The notes: generated from the sequence alone by a model not told the origin. A DNA stretch of 64,000 nt from an uncultured virus (IMG/VR IMGVR_UViG_3300020379_000594) (IMGVR_UViG_3300020379_000594), one strand, 5' to 3'; numbered from the stretch's first letter, positions 39,397 to 52,087 are shown. Translations and numbers: made by a program.

Positions 39397-39418
39397 GTAT
39401 CTCGTTTTGAGGTATAAT
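39390..39418 (+). promoter_or_regulatory. Sigma70-like promoter for gp55
   Basis: TTGTCA-17 nt-TATAAT. Confidence 0.7.
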
Positions 39419-39443
39419 AAAACTAACACAAGAGGTAATATAG

Positions 39444-39926
39444 ATGCCCGCAAAAGGTACTAGAAAACGATCCGAACACTATGTAAACAACAAAGAATTC
39501 CTGTATGCGATCGTTCAATACAAAGCAGACGTAAAAGCGGCGGAGGAAGCGGGTGATCCAAAACCTAGAATCACAAACTATCTTGGAGAATGTTTCGTAA
39601 AAATTGCAACCCACCTATCATACAAACCAAACTTTGTGAACTATATGTTCAGAGAGGACATGATATCTGATGGCATTGAAAACTGCGTCCAATACATTCA
39701 TAACTTCAATCCAGAGAAGTCCACAAACCCTTTTGCATATTTTACTCAAATTATACATTACGCTTTTCTACGTCGGATCCAGAAAGAGAAGAAGCAAATG
39801 GAGATCCGTGAAAAGATCATTGAGAAGTCGGGGTTTGATGAGGTTATGCACGTTGATGATACTTACGGTAATTCTAGTGACTACAACTCTATAAAAGAGG
39901 CAGTACAAACGAAGATGAATCAATGA
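39444..39926 (+). CDS. gp55: Late-transcription sigma factor gp55
   Basis: HYVNNKEF, NF.NY..REDMI.DG.ENC, NPFAYFTQI...AFLRRI.KEK. Confidence 0.95.
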   Translation: MPAKGTRKRSEHYVNNKEFLYAIVQYKADVKAAEEAGDPKPRITNYLGECFVKIATHLSYKPNFVNYMFREDMISDGIENCVQYIHNFNPEKSTNPFAYFTQIIHYAFLRRIQKEKKQMEIREKIIEKSGFDEVMHVDDTYGNSSDYNSIKEAVQTKMNQ

Positions 39927-40093
39927 GGGTTGATAGGTATTATGATCCCTATGAGGATCTGGAAAAGAAATGTTTAGAAGAATTAGATTACATTGCTAGG
40001 TCATTAGGTGGCACTATGACAAGACTAACCAGAGCAAACTCTACTGGTAGGTCATCCAAAGTTATTGAAATTGAGTATGAAATTAACGAATGA
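39923..40093 (+). CDS. Small hypothetical protein (56 aa, absent from the ORF track)
   Basis: ATGA overlap with the gp55 stop; MRVDRYYDPYEDLE...IEIEYEINE. Confidence 0.55.
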   Translation: MRVDRYYDPYEDLEKKCLEELDYIARSLGGTMTRLTRANSTGRSSKVIEIEYEINE

Positions 40094-40271
40094 AGTGATC
40101 GATCAGATCCAAGAAGCAATGAACCATACGAAAAAGAATGGTGATTTGAATTGGCAAGACGGTGATGAGATCGAAGTTAATCTGGCAGGGACATTTGCTG
40201 GTGATAAATTTATTGTGATCAAGAACGTCACTAGGAGTAGCACATCAATCCAGAATGTAAAAGGTAAATGA
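40077..40271 (+). CDS. Hypothetical protein
   Basis: MKLTNEVIDQ..., coupled to gp47. Confidence 0.55.
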   Translation: MKLTNEVIDQIQEAMNHTKKNGDLNWQDGDEIEVNLAGTFAGDKFIVIKNVTRSSTSIQNVKGK

Positions 40272-41311
40272 AGATAGCAATCATTACGGACACTCACTTT
40301 GGTGGTAGACGAGGTAGCAAAACATTTCACGATTTCTTTAAAAAATTCTATGATGATATCTTTTTCCCTGAGTTAGAGAAAAGGGGAATCGAGTATTGCA
40401 TCCACATGGGAGATGCTTTTGACAATCGTAAGAATATTGATTACTGGTCTCTTAATTGGGCGAGGGAGAATGTGTATGATAAGTTCAAAAATCTGGGCGT
40501 GAAAGTTTGGCAACTTGTAGGAAACCATGACATCTACTACAAGAATACGAATGAGATTAACTCGATTGATTCCTTACTAGAACACTACGATAACCTAATT
40601 CCTATCTCTACGCCAGGCACATATGACATCAATGGATTTAAGGCAATGATGTTACCGTGGATATGTGAAGATAATTATAAAGAGACTTGTGCAGAGATTG
40701 AAAAGACTGATGCTAAGATTGCTTTTGGACATTTAGAGTTGCATGGGTTTGAACTCTATCCAGGCATGACTCAGCAAGGTGGTATTGACAAAGAGATTAT
40801 TGCAAAGTTTGATACTGTATTCTCAGGACACTATCATACTAGAAGTAACGATGGTCAGGTATTTTACTTAGGCAATCCTTATGAAATGTATTGGAATGAT
40901 TGTGGAGACAAGAGAGGATTCAATATCTTAGATACTGAAACAGGAGAGATTGAGTTTGTACAGAATCCATATACAATATATGAGAAGATCTACTTCGATT
41001 CTACCCCTGCTGCAACATTCAAAGCACATCTATACAAAGATAAGATTGTAAAATTATTTGTTAGATCCAGAAAGAGTCAGTTAGAATATGACAAGTTCCT
41101 TGAAAAACTTCTGAAAGCTGGTATAATAGATTTGAAGGTAGTGGAAAATACCGAGATCAATGACAAGGAAGTAGATCTTGATGGCGAAAAGATTGAGGAT
41201 ACCCTCACACTTCTAAATAAGTACATCGAGGACTCTGACTTTGAATTGGAAAAAGAGAGAGTCAAAAAACTTCTCAAGGAAGTCTACTTAGAAGCTTGCG
41301 AAGCAGATTAA
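40268..41311 (+). CDS. gp47: Recombination endonuclease gp47 (Mre11/SbcD-like)
   Basis: DTHFG, GD.FD, GNHD, GHLE, SGHYH. Confidence 0.95.
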   Translation: MKIAIITDTHFGGRRGSKTFHDFFKKFYDDIFFPELEKRGIEYCIHMGDAFDNRKNIDYWSLNWARENVYDKFKNLGVKVWQLVGNHDIYYKNTNEINSIDSLLEHYDNLIPISTPGTYDINGFKAMMLPWICEDNYKETCAEIEKTDAKIAFGHLELHGFELYPGMTQQGGIDKEIIAKFDTVFSGHYHTRSNDGQVFYLGNPYEMYWNDCGDKRGFNILDTETGEIEFVQNPYTIYEKIYFDSTPAATFKAHLYKDKIVKLFVRSRKSQLEYDKFLEKLLKAGIIDLKVVENTEINDKEVDLDGEKIEDTLTLLNKYIEDSDFELEKERVKKLLKEVYLEACEAD

Positions 41312-41598
41312 TGTACATCTTATCACTTGCTGGTCACGAAGGAGAAGGGGCATATGCCGTTACTAATGATGACGGTCAGAAGGCTCTCTATCTTTTTCAG
41401 CAAGAAGATGATGCTACTAGATATGCAGGGCTTCTAGAAGCGGATGAATCCACTGTGTTGACAGTTGTAGAAATAGATGATATGCTAGCTGTCGAAACCT
41501 GTAAAAAACACAAATACAAATACGTTATTATCACACCCGATGACATTGTGATTCCGCCAAAAGATTATGATAACATTCAAGACGATACGGTGGCGTAA
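41311..41598 (+). CDS. Hypothetical protein
   Basis: Coupled ORF between gp47 and gp46. Confidence 0.6.
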   Translation: MYILSLAGHEGEGAYAVTNDDGQKALYLFQQEDDATRYAGLLEADESTVLTVVEIDDMLAVETCKKHKYKYVIITPDDIVIPPKDYDNIQDDTVA

Positions 41599-43291
41599 CT
41601 TTTTATCTACTGGTAACCAGTTTATAATTGTTAGTTTCCAAAAGTCTCCTACAAATTTGATAGTTGGTGCTAATGGTGCAGGGAAGTCCACGATATTGGA
41701 CGCTCTGACTTTTGTTTTGTACAACAAACCATTCAGAAAGATTAAAAAATCACAGTTAGTCAACACTGTGAATGATAAAGAGTGCGAAGTTAATATAGAA
41801 TTTGAGATTCAAGGTAAAATTTATACCATTGTTAGAGGTATGAAGCCAACTTTGTTTGAAATTTATATTGATGGTAAGAAACAAGATCAATTTGCTAGTT
41901 CAAATGATCAGCAACAACACTTAGAAGATAATATTTTAAGACTAAACTACAAATCTTTTACTCAAACTACCATTTTAGGTGCTGCAACGTTCGTTCCTTT
42001 CATGCAGTTGAGTCAAACTCACCGTAGAGAGATCGTAGAGGACGTTCTGGACATCAAAATTTTCTCTGGAATGTCAAAAATTCTCCGTGAGAAGATGAGT
42101 AAAGCGAATACGGAGATCCGAGAACTCACAATCAAGAAAGAATTGATTGAGGAAAAGATTGAAATGCAAAAAAGTTTCATTTCTGACCTCGATAAGACAG
42201 GCAAGAAGAAAATAAAAGACATTCAAGGTAAAATTGACACACTTTTAAAGGATACTTCATCCTTGATGTATGAAAATGACCAGACATCTAAGAACATTAA
42301 AGAAAAGTATGAACCAGAATTAGATACTCTGACATCTGCTTCATCTTCTCTTAAGAAATACAATAATGTCAAGGGTAAACTTGAACAAAAGATAAAGATT
42401 ATTACTAAAGAACACCAGTTCTTCAAGGAAAACGTATCATGCCCTACCTGTGAGCAGAAAATAGAGGAAGACTTTCGCTTAAATAAGATTGGAGATATCG
42501 AAGGGAAGGTAAAGGAGATTAACTCCGCTTACAAAGAACTTCAAAAGTCTATAAACGAAGAACAAAAGAAAGAGGCCAGGTTTATAGATGTTTCTAAGCA
42601 GATCTCAACACTAACGCATGACATTTCTACCAACAATTTTAAAATTTCTGAGTACCAACGACAAATCCGCACTTATGAACAAGAAGTTCAAGACATTACC
42701 GAACAAATTGCAAATAGAAATACTGAAAGAGCCACGCTTAGAGGCCTCAAAAATGATTTAACACTAGTAGAAACAAATAAAGCAGATCATACCGAAGAAA
42801 TTGAATACTTAGACTTTGCAAACGCCATGATGAAAGACTCTGGTGTCAAGGCAAAGATTATGAAGAGGTATTTGCCTATCATGAATCAGAAGATCAATAA
42901 GTATCTTCAGATGATGGACTTCTATATCAATTTTACATTGGATGAACAGTTCAATGAGTGTATTAAGTCGCCTATTCATGAGAAATTCAGTTACGAATCT
43001 TTCTCTGAGGGAGAGAAGATGCGAATTGACCTTGCTATCTTGTTTACATGGCGTGATATTGCAAAGATGAAGAACTCATCGTCCACAAACATACTCATTC
43101 TTGACGAAATATTTGACAGTTCTCTGGACAGTAATGGTACAGATGAATTTGTGAAGATTATCAGATATGTCATCAAGGATGCTTACATCTTTATGATCTC
43201 TCATAAGGTTGATGAGTTGACAGATAGATTGGACAATATGATTACCTTTGAAAAGATGAATGGATTCTCAAAAGTGAGGTATTCTACATAG
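41567..43291 (+). CDS. gp46: Recombination ATPase gp46 (Rad50/SbcC-like)
   Basis: GANGAGKS, CPTC hook, FSEGEK, LDEIFD. Confidence 0.95.
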   Translation: MITFKTIRWRNFLSTGNQFIIVSFQKSPTNLIVGANGAGKSTILDALTFVLYNKPFRKIKKSQLVNTVNDKECEVNIEFEIQGKIYTIVRGMKPTLFEIYIDGKKQDQFASSNDQQQHLEDNILRLNYKSFTQTTILGAATFVPFMQLSQTHRREIVEDVLDIKIFSGMSKILREKMSKANTEIRELTIKKELIEEKIEMQKSFISDLDKTGKKKIKDIQGKIDTLLKDTSSLMYENDQTSKNIKEKYEPELDTLTSASSSLKKYNNVKGKLEQKIKIITKEHQFFKENVSCPTCEQKIEEDFRLNKIGDIEGKVKEINSAYKELQKSINEEQKKEARFIDVSKQISTLTHDISTNNFKISEYQRQIRTYEQEVQDITEQIANRNTERATLRGLKNDLTLVETNKADHTEEIEYLDFANAMMKDSGVKAKIMKRYLPIMNQKINKYLQMMDFYINFTLDEQFNECIKSPIHEKFSYESFSEGEKMRIDLAILFTWRDIAKMKNSSSTNILILDEIFDSSLDSNGTDEFVKIIRYVIKDAYIFMISHKVDELTDRLDNMITFEKMNGFSKVRYST

Positions 43292-43312
43292 TAGCATAGG
43301 TCTTGTAACCGT

Positions 43313-43555
43313 ATGATACTATTAGATGGATGCCATTCACTGAAACTAGAATGTGCCTTGAGGGACTTAGGTTTTATTGACATGGAATGGAGAACGGTGG
43401 CACATGCTGGAATATTTTTTGTGCAACCTGTAGGTATGCCAAATGATCCCGAAGGAGATCTGCTGGGATTTACGATTACATATGAGAGTAAAGTTATAAA
43501 ATTACAAAATACTGCAAAGAAAGCTTTAGATACTGCGTTGAGATGGTCAGGGTAG
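43313..43555 (+). CDS. Hypothetical protein
   Basis: 80 aa ORF in the gene direction. Confidence 0.55.
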   Translation: MILLDGCHSLKLECALRDLGFIDMEWRTVAHAGIFFVQPVGMPNDPEGDLLGFTITYESKVIKLQNTAKKALDTALRWSG

Positions 43556-43556
43556 A

Positions 43557-43627
43557 CAGTTGACAAACTGGCACATGGTTGGTTGAAATTGGCACAGGGT
43601 CGATTATCATGTGTACATAGACAAGAA
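43557..43627 (+). promoter_or_regulatory. Repeated early-promoter-like module, copy 1
   Basis: CAGTTGACAAACTGGCACA ... TTGAAA-16-TATCAT ... TACATAGACAAGAA. Confidence 0.6.
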
Positions 43628-43632
43628 AACAA

Positions 43633-45897
43633 ATGCTTACAAAGGTTAATTACGAAGTCAAAGGTCAACTCGCTAAACTACTTGCGACCGAAGATTTGAT
43701 CATCGAGAACAAGAAAGTCCCTACAGCATCCTTTGATGTAGATCGTAGAGTATTGACCCTTCCAATGTGGGAGAAGGCCTCTGCGACCGTATACGACCTT
43801 CTGGTGGGTCATGAGGTTGGACACGCACTCTACACACCTAACGAGAATTTCAAGATCAAGTATCCTGATCTTCCTATGTCATTCGTCAACATCCTTGAGG
43901 ATGTTCGTATTGAGAAGTTGATGAAGCGTAAGTACGCTGGTATCGTCAAGACATTTTACATGGGATACAAAGAACTAGCGGATCAAGATTTCTTTGAGTT
44001 GGATCAGAATGACGTAGAAGATATGAATCTTCCTGACCGTCTCAATATCCATCACAAGATTGGAAAGTTTGTTGACGTTCCTATGGATGAAGATGAAGTA
44101 TATTTCCGTGAAGCTGCACTTGAGACTAATACTTTTGATGAGGTTCTGAAACTTGCTCAAGAACTTTATGAGTACATGAAGTCTACATTTGATGAACCAG
44201 TCAAAGTAAATGTTTCATTGGATAGTCTTGATATGGGTCAAGGCGGTGGAGATCTAACTCTAGAAGATCTTATTGATTCAGAAAAGAGTGATCAAGAAGG
44301 AGAAGGAGAAGGTGATCCCATTCCTTTCGATGGATCTGATGGTGATGTTGAAGATGGCCGTCCTGACTTGGGAGAAGATACTACTGAGTATGAGAACGAA
44401 CCAGATTACAATCCTATCGGAGGAGAGCATTGTGATTTTGATACTATCACTGACAAGACTCTCTCAGATAACTTGGTAAACTTGAATAATGAGAAACAAA
44501 CTTCAAGTATTTACGATACAGAATACTGCACCATTCCAACACTAAATCTTGGAACTATTACTGCCAAAAATGCAGAGGTTCATCAATACCTCAATGAGGA
44601 ATGGATCAAGCAACAACAACATTATGATCAGGAGATTCAACAAGCAGACAACTATCGTCTTCCTATGGATCTTTATGGAAGTGTTGACAATGAGTACAGA
44701 CTCTTCCGTCGTTCTGCACAGAAAGAAGTCAACTATCTTGTAAAAGAGTTTGAGTGCCGCAAGTCTGCTGACGCATACTCTCGTGCTACAGTATCAAAGA
44801 CAGGTGTTCTTGATTGCACAAAGCTTCACTCATACAAGTACAACGAAGATCTATTCAAAAAGATCACTACTCTACCTGATGGTAAAAATCATGGACTCAT
44901 CTTTGTCCTTGATTGGTCTGGATCTATGAGTAATGTTCTCTTGGATACAATCAAACAGTTGTTCAATTTGATTTGGTTCTGTAAGAAAGTTCAAATTCCT
45001 TTCCAAGTATTTGCTTTCACTAATGAGTGGAATCGTGGAGAGAGAAATTATGATAGGTTTGGTAACTACGAAAATTGGCAGTATCCACCAGATCATCACG
45101 AAAAGAAAGATGGTCAACTTTATGTCGAAGCACAATTCGCAATGGTTGAGTTTCTAACAAGTGATTGTAAGAAAGGAGATCTAGAGAAACAGATGATGAA
45201 CATCTGGAGACTCACAAACTCTCTTGACAATCGTGGTCGTTGGAACTGCAATTTTATCTACCAGTGCCCAAATCGTTTGGGTCTATCTGGAACTCCTTTG
45301 AACGAAGCACTTGTCTCCTTGAATCAACTGATTCCTGAGTTCAAAAAGAAAACAGGTGTTCAGAAGATTCAGTGCATCACTCTTACTGATGGTGAAGCAC
45401 ATCCTCTCAAGTTTCATAAAGAGTTCAAAGGTAGATCAGGTGAAGAACCATACTTGGGAACACGTTCCGCACATGGTAACGTATTCATTCGTGACATAAA
45501 CGGTAAGACCTATCATTGTGCAGACGCATACTACGATTTGACTGCTGCACTACTCAATCAACTCAAGGGTCGTTTTCCAGAAGTCAATTTCCTTGGTATC
45601 AGAGTTATTGATACTCGTGACTGCAACAGTTTCGTTCGTCGTTACGTTGATTTCGATTATGAAAGACACCAATCCATCATGAACCAGTGGAGAAAAACAA
45701 AATCTCTCATGATTACTGATGGTGGTGGATACCATGCTTACTTCGGATTGTCCTCATCCGCACTTAACTCTGATTCTAGTTTTGAAGTGAAAGAAGATGC
45801 AACTAAAGCACAGATCAAGTCTGCTTTCAAGAAGTCACTTTCTGCAAAGAAAATGAACAAGAAAGTTCTAGGTCAGTTCATGAGTTACATCGCATAG
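43633..45897 (+). CDS. CobT-like protein with an HExxH N-domain and a VWA domain
   Basis: HEVGH...NILEDVRIE; acidic linker; DWSGSM MIDAS, GTPL, TDGE. Confidence 0.75.
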   Translation: MLTKVNYEVKGQLAKLLATEDLIIENKKVPTASFDVDRRVLTLPMWEKASATVYDLLVGHEVGHALYTPNENFKIKYPDLPMSFVNILEDVRIEKLMKRKYAGIVKTFYMGYKELADQDFFELDQNDVEDMNLPDRLNIHHKIGKFVDVPMDEDEVYFREAALETNTFDEVLKLAQELYEYMKSTFDEPVKVNVSLDSLDMGQGGGDLTLEDLIDSEKSDQEGEGEGDPIPFDGSDGDVEDGRPDLGEDTTEYENEPDYNPIGGEHCDFDTITDKTLSDNLVNLNNEKQTSSIYDTEYCTIPTLNLGTITAKNAEVHQYLNEEWIKQQQHYDQEIQQADNYRLPMDLYGSVDNEYRLFRRSAQKEVNYLVKEFECRKSADAYSRATVSKTGVLDCTKLHSYKYNEDLFKKITTLPDGKNHGLIFVLDWSGSMSNVLLDTIKQLFNLIWFCKKVQIPFQVFAFTNEWNRGERNYDRFGNYENWQYPPDHHEKKDGQLYVEAQFAMVEFLTSDCKKGDLEKQMMNIWRLTNSLDNRGRWNCNFIYQCPNRLGLSGTPLNEALVSLNQLIPEFKKKTGVQKIQCITLTDGEAHPLKFHKEFKGRSGEEPYLGTRSAHGNVFIRDINGKTYHCADAYYDLTAALLNQLKGRFPEVNFLGIRVIDTRDCNSFVRRYVDFDYERHQSIMNQWRKTKSLMITDGGGYHAYFGLSSSALNSDSSFEVKEDATKAQIKSAFKKSLSAKKMNKKVLGQFMSYIA

Positions 45898-45899
45898 AC

Positions 45900-45970
45900 C
45901 AGTTGACAAACTGGCACAGAGGTGGTTGATTCCACCTCTCATTCCATTATAATGTATACATAGACAAGAA
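45900..45970 (+). promoter_or_regulatory. Repeated early-promoter-like module, copy 2
   Basis: CAGTTGACAAACTGGCACA ... TTGATT-16-TATAAT ... TACATAGACAAGAA; same spacing as copy 1. Confidence 0.65.
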
Positions 45971-45976
45971 CAAACA

Positions 45977-48454
<2,478 letters not shown>

Positions 48455-48471
<17 letters not shown>

Positions 48472-49147
48472 GATCCCTATGAAACTTTCCGATAGAACTA
48501 TCAATCTGTTGAAGAACTTTGCTTCTATCAATCAGTCTATCCTGTTCAAGCAAGGTAAGTCCTTGAGAACTATTTCTGTAATGAAGAACATTCTTGCAGA
48601 GGCAAACATTGACGAAGATATTCCTCAAGAGTTTGGTGTTTATGATCTTAGTCAGTTCTTGAACTCTCTAGGTCTTTTCCAAGATCCAGAACTAAACTTC
48701 ACAGGACAAAGTTTTGTCAACATTAAAGAAGGCAAACAGAAGTCTAAGTATTTCTTTGCTGATCCTAGTGTGATTGTTTCTCCTCCTGAGAAATCAATTA
48801 CTCTTCCATCAGTTGATGTTGAGTTTACACTTAAGAGTTCTCAACTTGATCGTCTTCTAAAGGCTGCAGCGGTCTACCATCTAACAGATCTTTCTGTTGT
48901 GGGTGATGGTAATGAAATTAAGATGGTTGTTTCTGATCGTAAGAACGATACATCTAATGATTTCTCTATCGTTGTAGGAGAAACTACTAAGACTTTTGGA
49001 TTACATTTCAAGGTAGAAAACATCAAGATTGTGCCTGGCACATATGAAGTTAAGATCTCTCGTAAACTTTTGTCACAGTTTACCTCATCTGAATACGATC
49101 TGACTTACTATATAGCTTTAGAACCTGATCTAACTTGGGAGGATTAA
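48455..49147 (+). CDS. gp45: Sliding clamp gp45
   Basis: MKLS..T..LLKNFASINQSI, FG.YDL..FL, YYIALE. Confidence 0.93.
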
Positions 49148-49314
49148 TGTTTTTTGCATCTCACCCTAGTGTCTACACATTGCCAGGCACATGGGAACCA
49201 CAACCCGACGTAGTATTTGATCCCACATATCTTCTTGCGTCAGCAGCAGTTGTTTTTGCAACCGCAGCAATTATATCCGTAATTTCAATTAAGCAAAAAA
49301 GAAAAAGAGCTTAG
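49147..49314 (+). CDS. Small membrane protein (55 aa, absent from the ORF track)
   Basis: TAATG coupling; LLASAAVVFATAAIISVISI followed by KQKRKR. Confidence 0.55.
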   Translation: MFFASHPSVYTLPGTWEPQPDVVFDPTYLLASAAVVFATAAIISVISIKQKRKRA

Positions 49315-49332
49315 TTAACTTACTATTTTATT

Positions 49333-49797
49333 ATGAAAGAATTTGATTATGACCTCGATTACAAGAGTCTTGATTTTTCAAATGCAAAGACTCGGAAGCT
49401 ATATCGCATTGGAAGGGGAGAACAAGGAGTACTACTGGTACGCCCTTATACTAACGATATATGTGCTCATTGGAGATTCAAAACTCCTGATGAAGCAGTA
49501 AGATCATCTAATAAAATCTTTGCCATGTACCTAGATTATAGGGATGGTAAGGATTTTATTGGCATGGATATGTGTCGTAAATTCCTAGAGATGGGATTTA
49601 CTAGAGCAAGACGTTATGCAAATCATAACTCAGGTAGAAAGTATAAGAAAGGAACGAAAGAAATATTACCACAAGAAGAAGATCATATGACAAGTAAATA
49701 TGCAGAGTCAGCGAGAATATTCAAGAAGGTAAGAGATATTGTTGCCAAAAGCGAAACTTATGTTACAATGAGGAAGAGCTGGAGGTTAGAAGAATGA
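49333..49797 (+). CDS. DUF4385-like protein
   Basis: YRIGRGEQGVL...PY...W.FKT, D..GMDM.RKFL.MG.TRARRYANH. Confidence 0.75.
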   Translation: MKEFDYDLDYKSLDFSNAKTRKLYRIGRGEQGVLLVRPYTNDICAHWRFKTPDEAVRSSNKIFAMYLDYRDGKDFIGMDMCRKFLEMGFTRARRYANHNSGRKYKKGTKEILPQEEDHMTSKYAESARIFKKVRDIVAKSETYVTMRKSWRLEE

Positions 49798-50327
49798 ACA
49801 TCTTTGTCACTGATCACTGTCCACGCAAGTCTGCTCAGGTATTACCTGACAAACATGTGGTCAAGATGCCATTGGAAACATGTCAAATGCTTTCCATTGT
49901 GTTCTCACATTGGTATTTTGATTGGGGTGATGATCTCCTACACAAGAAAGATGGCACTCCATACAAAACAAGTAAAGGTGCTTTCCGCAATCATCCATGT
50001 ACACAATGGGCAGGCAGAAGTCTGGTCAACACAGCATGGTTGATTCAACATGGGTGTGCATTGTCAACAGAGTACACTCACCGTTACGGTAAAGAACATG
50101 GATGTCGCAAGACTTTGTTTGAAGCGAAGAAAATCTTTCATCGTTTCTCAAAGGAAGCAATCACATGTTACAACTATGTTCAAGATTACGCATTTGCAGG
50201 ACCAGATGAGTTTAAATATGACACAAGCATTGACACTCTCACTGCTTACAAACGTTATATCGCATCCAAGCCTTGGGTTGCATCTAATTATCTTCGTGAC
50301 CCATCCAGAAAACCGCATTGGCTTTGA
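49794..50327 (+). CDS. Pyrimidine-dimer DNA glycosylase (DenV)-like protein
   Basis: MNIF......SAQ..PDKHVVKMPLE..QML, NHPCT.W, EY..RYGK.H. Confidence 0.7.
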   Translation: MNIFVTDHCPRKSAQVLPDKHVVKMPLETCQMLSIVFSHWYFDWGDDLLHKKDGTPYKTSKGAFRNHPCTQWAGRSLVNTAWLIQHGCALSTEYTHRYGKEHGCRKTLFEAKKIFHRFSKEAITCYNYVQDYAFAGPDEFKYDTSIDTLTAYKRYIASKPWVASNYLRDPSRKPHWL

Positions 50328-50334
50328 CTAAATT

Positions 50335-50469
50335 ATGAATCCTATTGACATCAAAAGAATTGCAGATTCACTTGAAAGAATCGCAAACGCTTTAGAGCAT
50401 CTTCATATCGAAGAGATCGAACACAATCACATTGAAGGCAAGGTTCATACACATGAGGAAACGTGGTAG
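50335..50469 (+). CDS. Small His-rich protein (44 aa, absent from the ORF track)
   Basis: MNPIDIKRIADSLERIANALEHLHIEKIEHNHIEGKVHTHEETW. Confidence 0.55.
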   Translation: MNPIDIKRIADSLERIANALEHLHIEEIEHNHIEGKVHTHEETW

Positions 50470-50666
50470 AACATTTTTCTCAGACAAGTGACTTGCCATA
50501 TGACAGACATCACTATAGAATAGTGTTTACGGATGGACGTTCCAAGGTAGTCGAATCTTGGGATGAAGTCCAAGAATTCTGGTGGAACAAAAGAGATATG
50601 ATTCTCGACCCACCAGTTATTGAGGTTATTGACAAACCAAAGAAAAAATCCAAAGGATTTATTTAA
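50463..50666 (+). CDS. Hypothetical protein
   Basis: 67 aa ORF in operon context. Confidence 0.55.
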   Translation: MVEHFSQTSDLPYDRHHYRIVFTDGRSKVVESWDEVQEFWWNKRDMILDPPVIEVIDKPKKKSKGFI

Positions 50667-50668
50667 TT

Positions 50669-50905
50669 ATGACTAAAAGAAAGGAAGAACTCGCTCTTGA
50701 GTTCGTCAAATATACCGTCAGTTTGATGGATGAGGAATCTCTTCGGAAGATTGCTGAGATCAATTTACTTGCTAACCTAAGTGGAGAGACTGATCTTGCA
50801 ACTTGGGAAGATTATGTAGCACAAATGAAAGGTCTAAACACGGCCGAAAAATGTCTTGAGTTGGTCAGACCAGCAATGCTTTTGAGGGGAACTAATGAGG
50901 GATGA
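50669..50905 (+). CDS. Hypothetical protein
   Basis: 78 aa ORF overlapping the gp44 start. Confidence 0.55.
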   Translation: MTKRKEELALEFVKYTVSLMDEESLRKIAEINLLANLSGETDLATWEDYVAQMKGLNTAEKCLELVRPAMLLRGTNEG

Positions 50906-51842
50906 ATTCATTTGGGTAGAGAAGTATCGACCAAAAACTATTGATGAATGTATACTCCCAGAGACTACTAAGAAGACTTTCAAAGAGTTTCTCAAGAAGG
51001 GAGAGATCCCTAATCTTTTGTTGTCAGGACCTCCTGGCATTGGTAAGACTACAGTTGCAAAAGCATTATGTGCAGAACTAGGAGTTGATTATTATGTCAT
51101 CAATGGATCCGATGAAGGACGATTTCTTGACACGGTACGGAATCAAGCAAAGAACTTTGCTTCGACCGTATCACTTCAAGGCATGGACGCACAGCACAAA
51201 GTCATCATTATTGACGAGGCTGACAACACAACCCATGATGTACAACTCCTCTTACGGGCGAATATTGAGGCATTTTATAAGAACTGTCGATTCATCTTCA
51301 CCTGTAACTTCAAGAACAGAATCATCGAACCCCTCCATTCAAGATGTTCAGTCATCGAGTTTGGAATCTCAGGAAAACATAAAGCAACAATCGCAGCACA
51401 GTTCTTCAAAAGATTGGTTGAGATCCTTGATAAAGAACATATTGAAGCAGACAAGAAAGTCGTCGCTGAATTAATCAATAAACACTTTCCTGATTGGAGA
51501 AGAGTTCTTAATGAGTGTCAACGACATTCTGTAAGTGGTAAGATTGATTCATCTATTCTTGCTAATTTTTCTGAGGTAAACATTCATGACCTTATCAAAA
51601 ATCTTAAGGGTAAGAACTTTAAAGAGGTTCGTAAGTGGGCTGTCAATAACTTGGATAATGATCCTTCTGTACTTTTGCGTCGTATCTACGATGCTCTTTT
51701 TGATTCCCTCGAAGGTCCTAGCATTGCTGCTGCTGTCCTCATTATTGCTAAGTATCAGTATCAAATTGCCTTCGTAGCAGATCAAGAAATCAACCTGTTA
51801 GCATGTCTAACAGAAATTATGGTGGAGTGTGAATTCAAATGA
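50895..51842 (+). CDS. gp44: Clamp loader ATPase gp44
   Basis: WVEKYRP, GPPGIGKTT, IIDEAD, PLHSRC. Confidence 0.95.
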   Translation: MRDEFIWVEKYRPKTIDECILPETTKKTFKEFLKKGEIPNLLLSGPPGIGKTTVAKALCAELGVDYYVINGSDEGRFLDTVRNQAKNFASTVSLQGMDAQHKVIIIDEADNTTHDVQLLLRANIEAFYKNCRFIFTCNFKNRIIEPLHSRCSVIEFGISGKHKATIAAQFFKRLVEILDKEHIEADKKVVAELINKHFPDWRRVLNECQRHSVSGKIDSSILANFSEVNIHDLIKNLKGKNFKEVRKWAVNNLDNDPSVLLRRIYDALFDSLEGPSIAAAVLIIAKYQYQIAFVADQEINLLACLTEIMVECEFK

Positions 51843-52087
51843 CCAAAACAACTAAAATTAGAGCACAAGTAAAGTCTAGATTCTATTATATATTCTGGGG
51901 AACTGCAACTGTAGCAGTTGTAGCAGGACAGATCTATGTGGGATCAGGATTTAGAAGAATGGCAGAGACTCTTCAAACAGTTCTTGATGCCCCTCTTATG
52001 ATAGAGATACCAGACATCCTACCTCCAGAACTATTGATTCCAATGCCAGGCCCACGATTCTATCAGGATGAAATGGTTATACAATGA
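51839..52087 (+). CDS. Hypothetical membrane protein
   Basis: FYYIFWGTATVAVVAGQIYVG hydrophobic segment. Confidence 0.55.
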   Translation: MTKTTKIRAQVKSRFYYIFWGTATVAVVAGQIYVGSGFRRMAETLQTVLDAPLMIEIPDILPPELLIPMPGPRFYQDEMVIQ

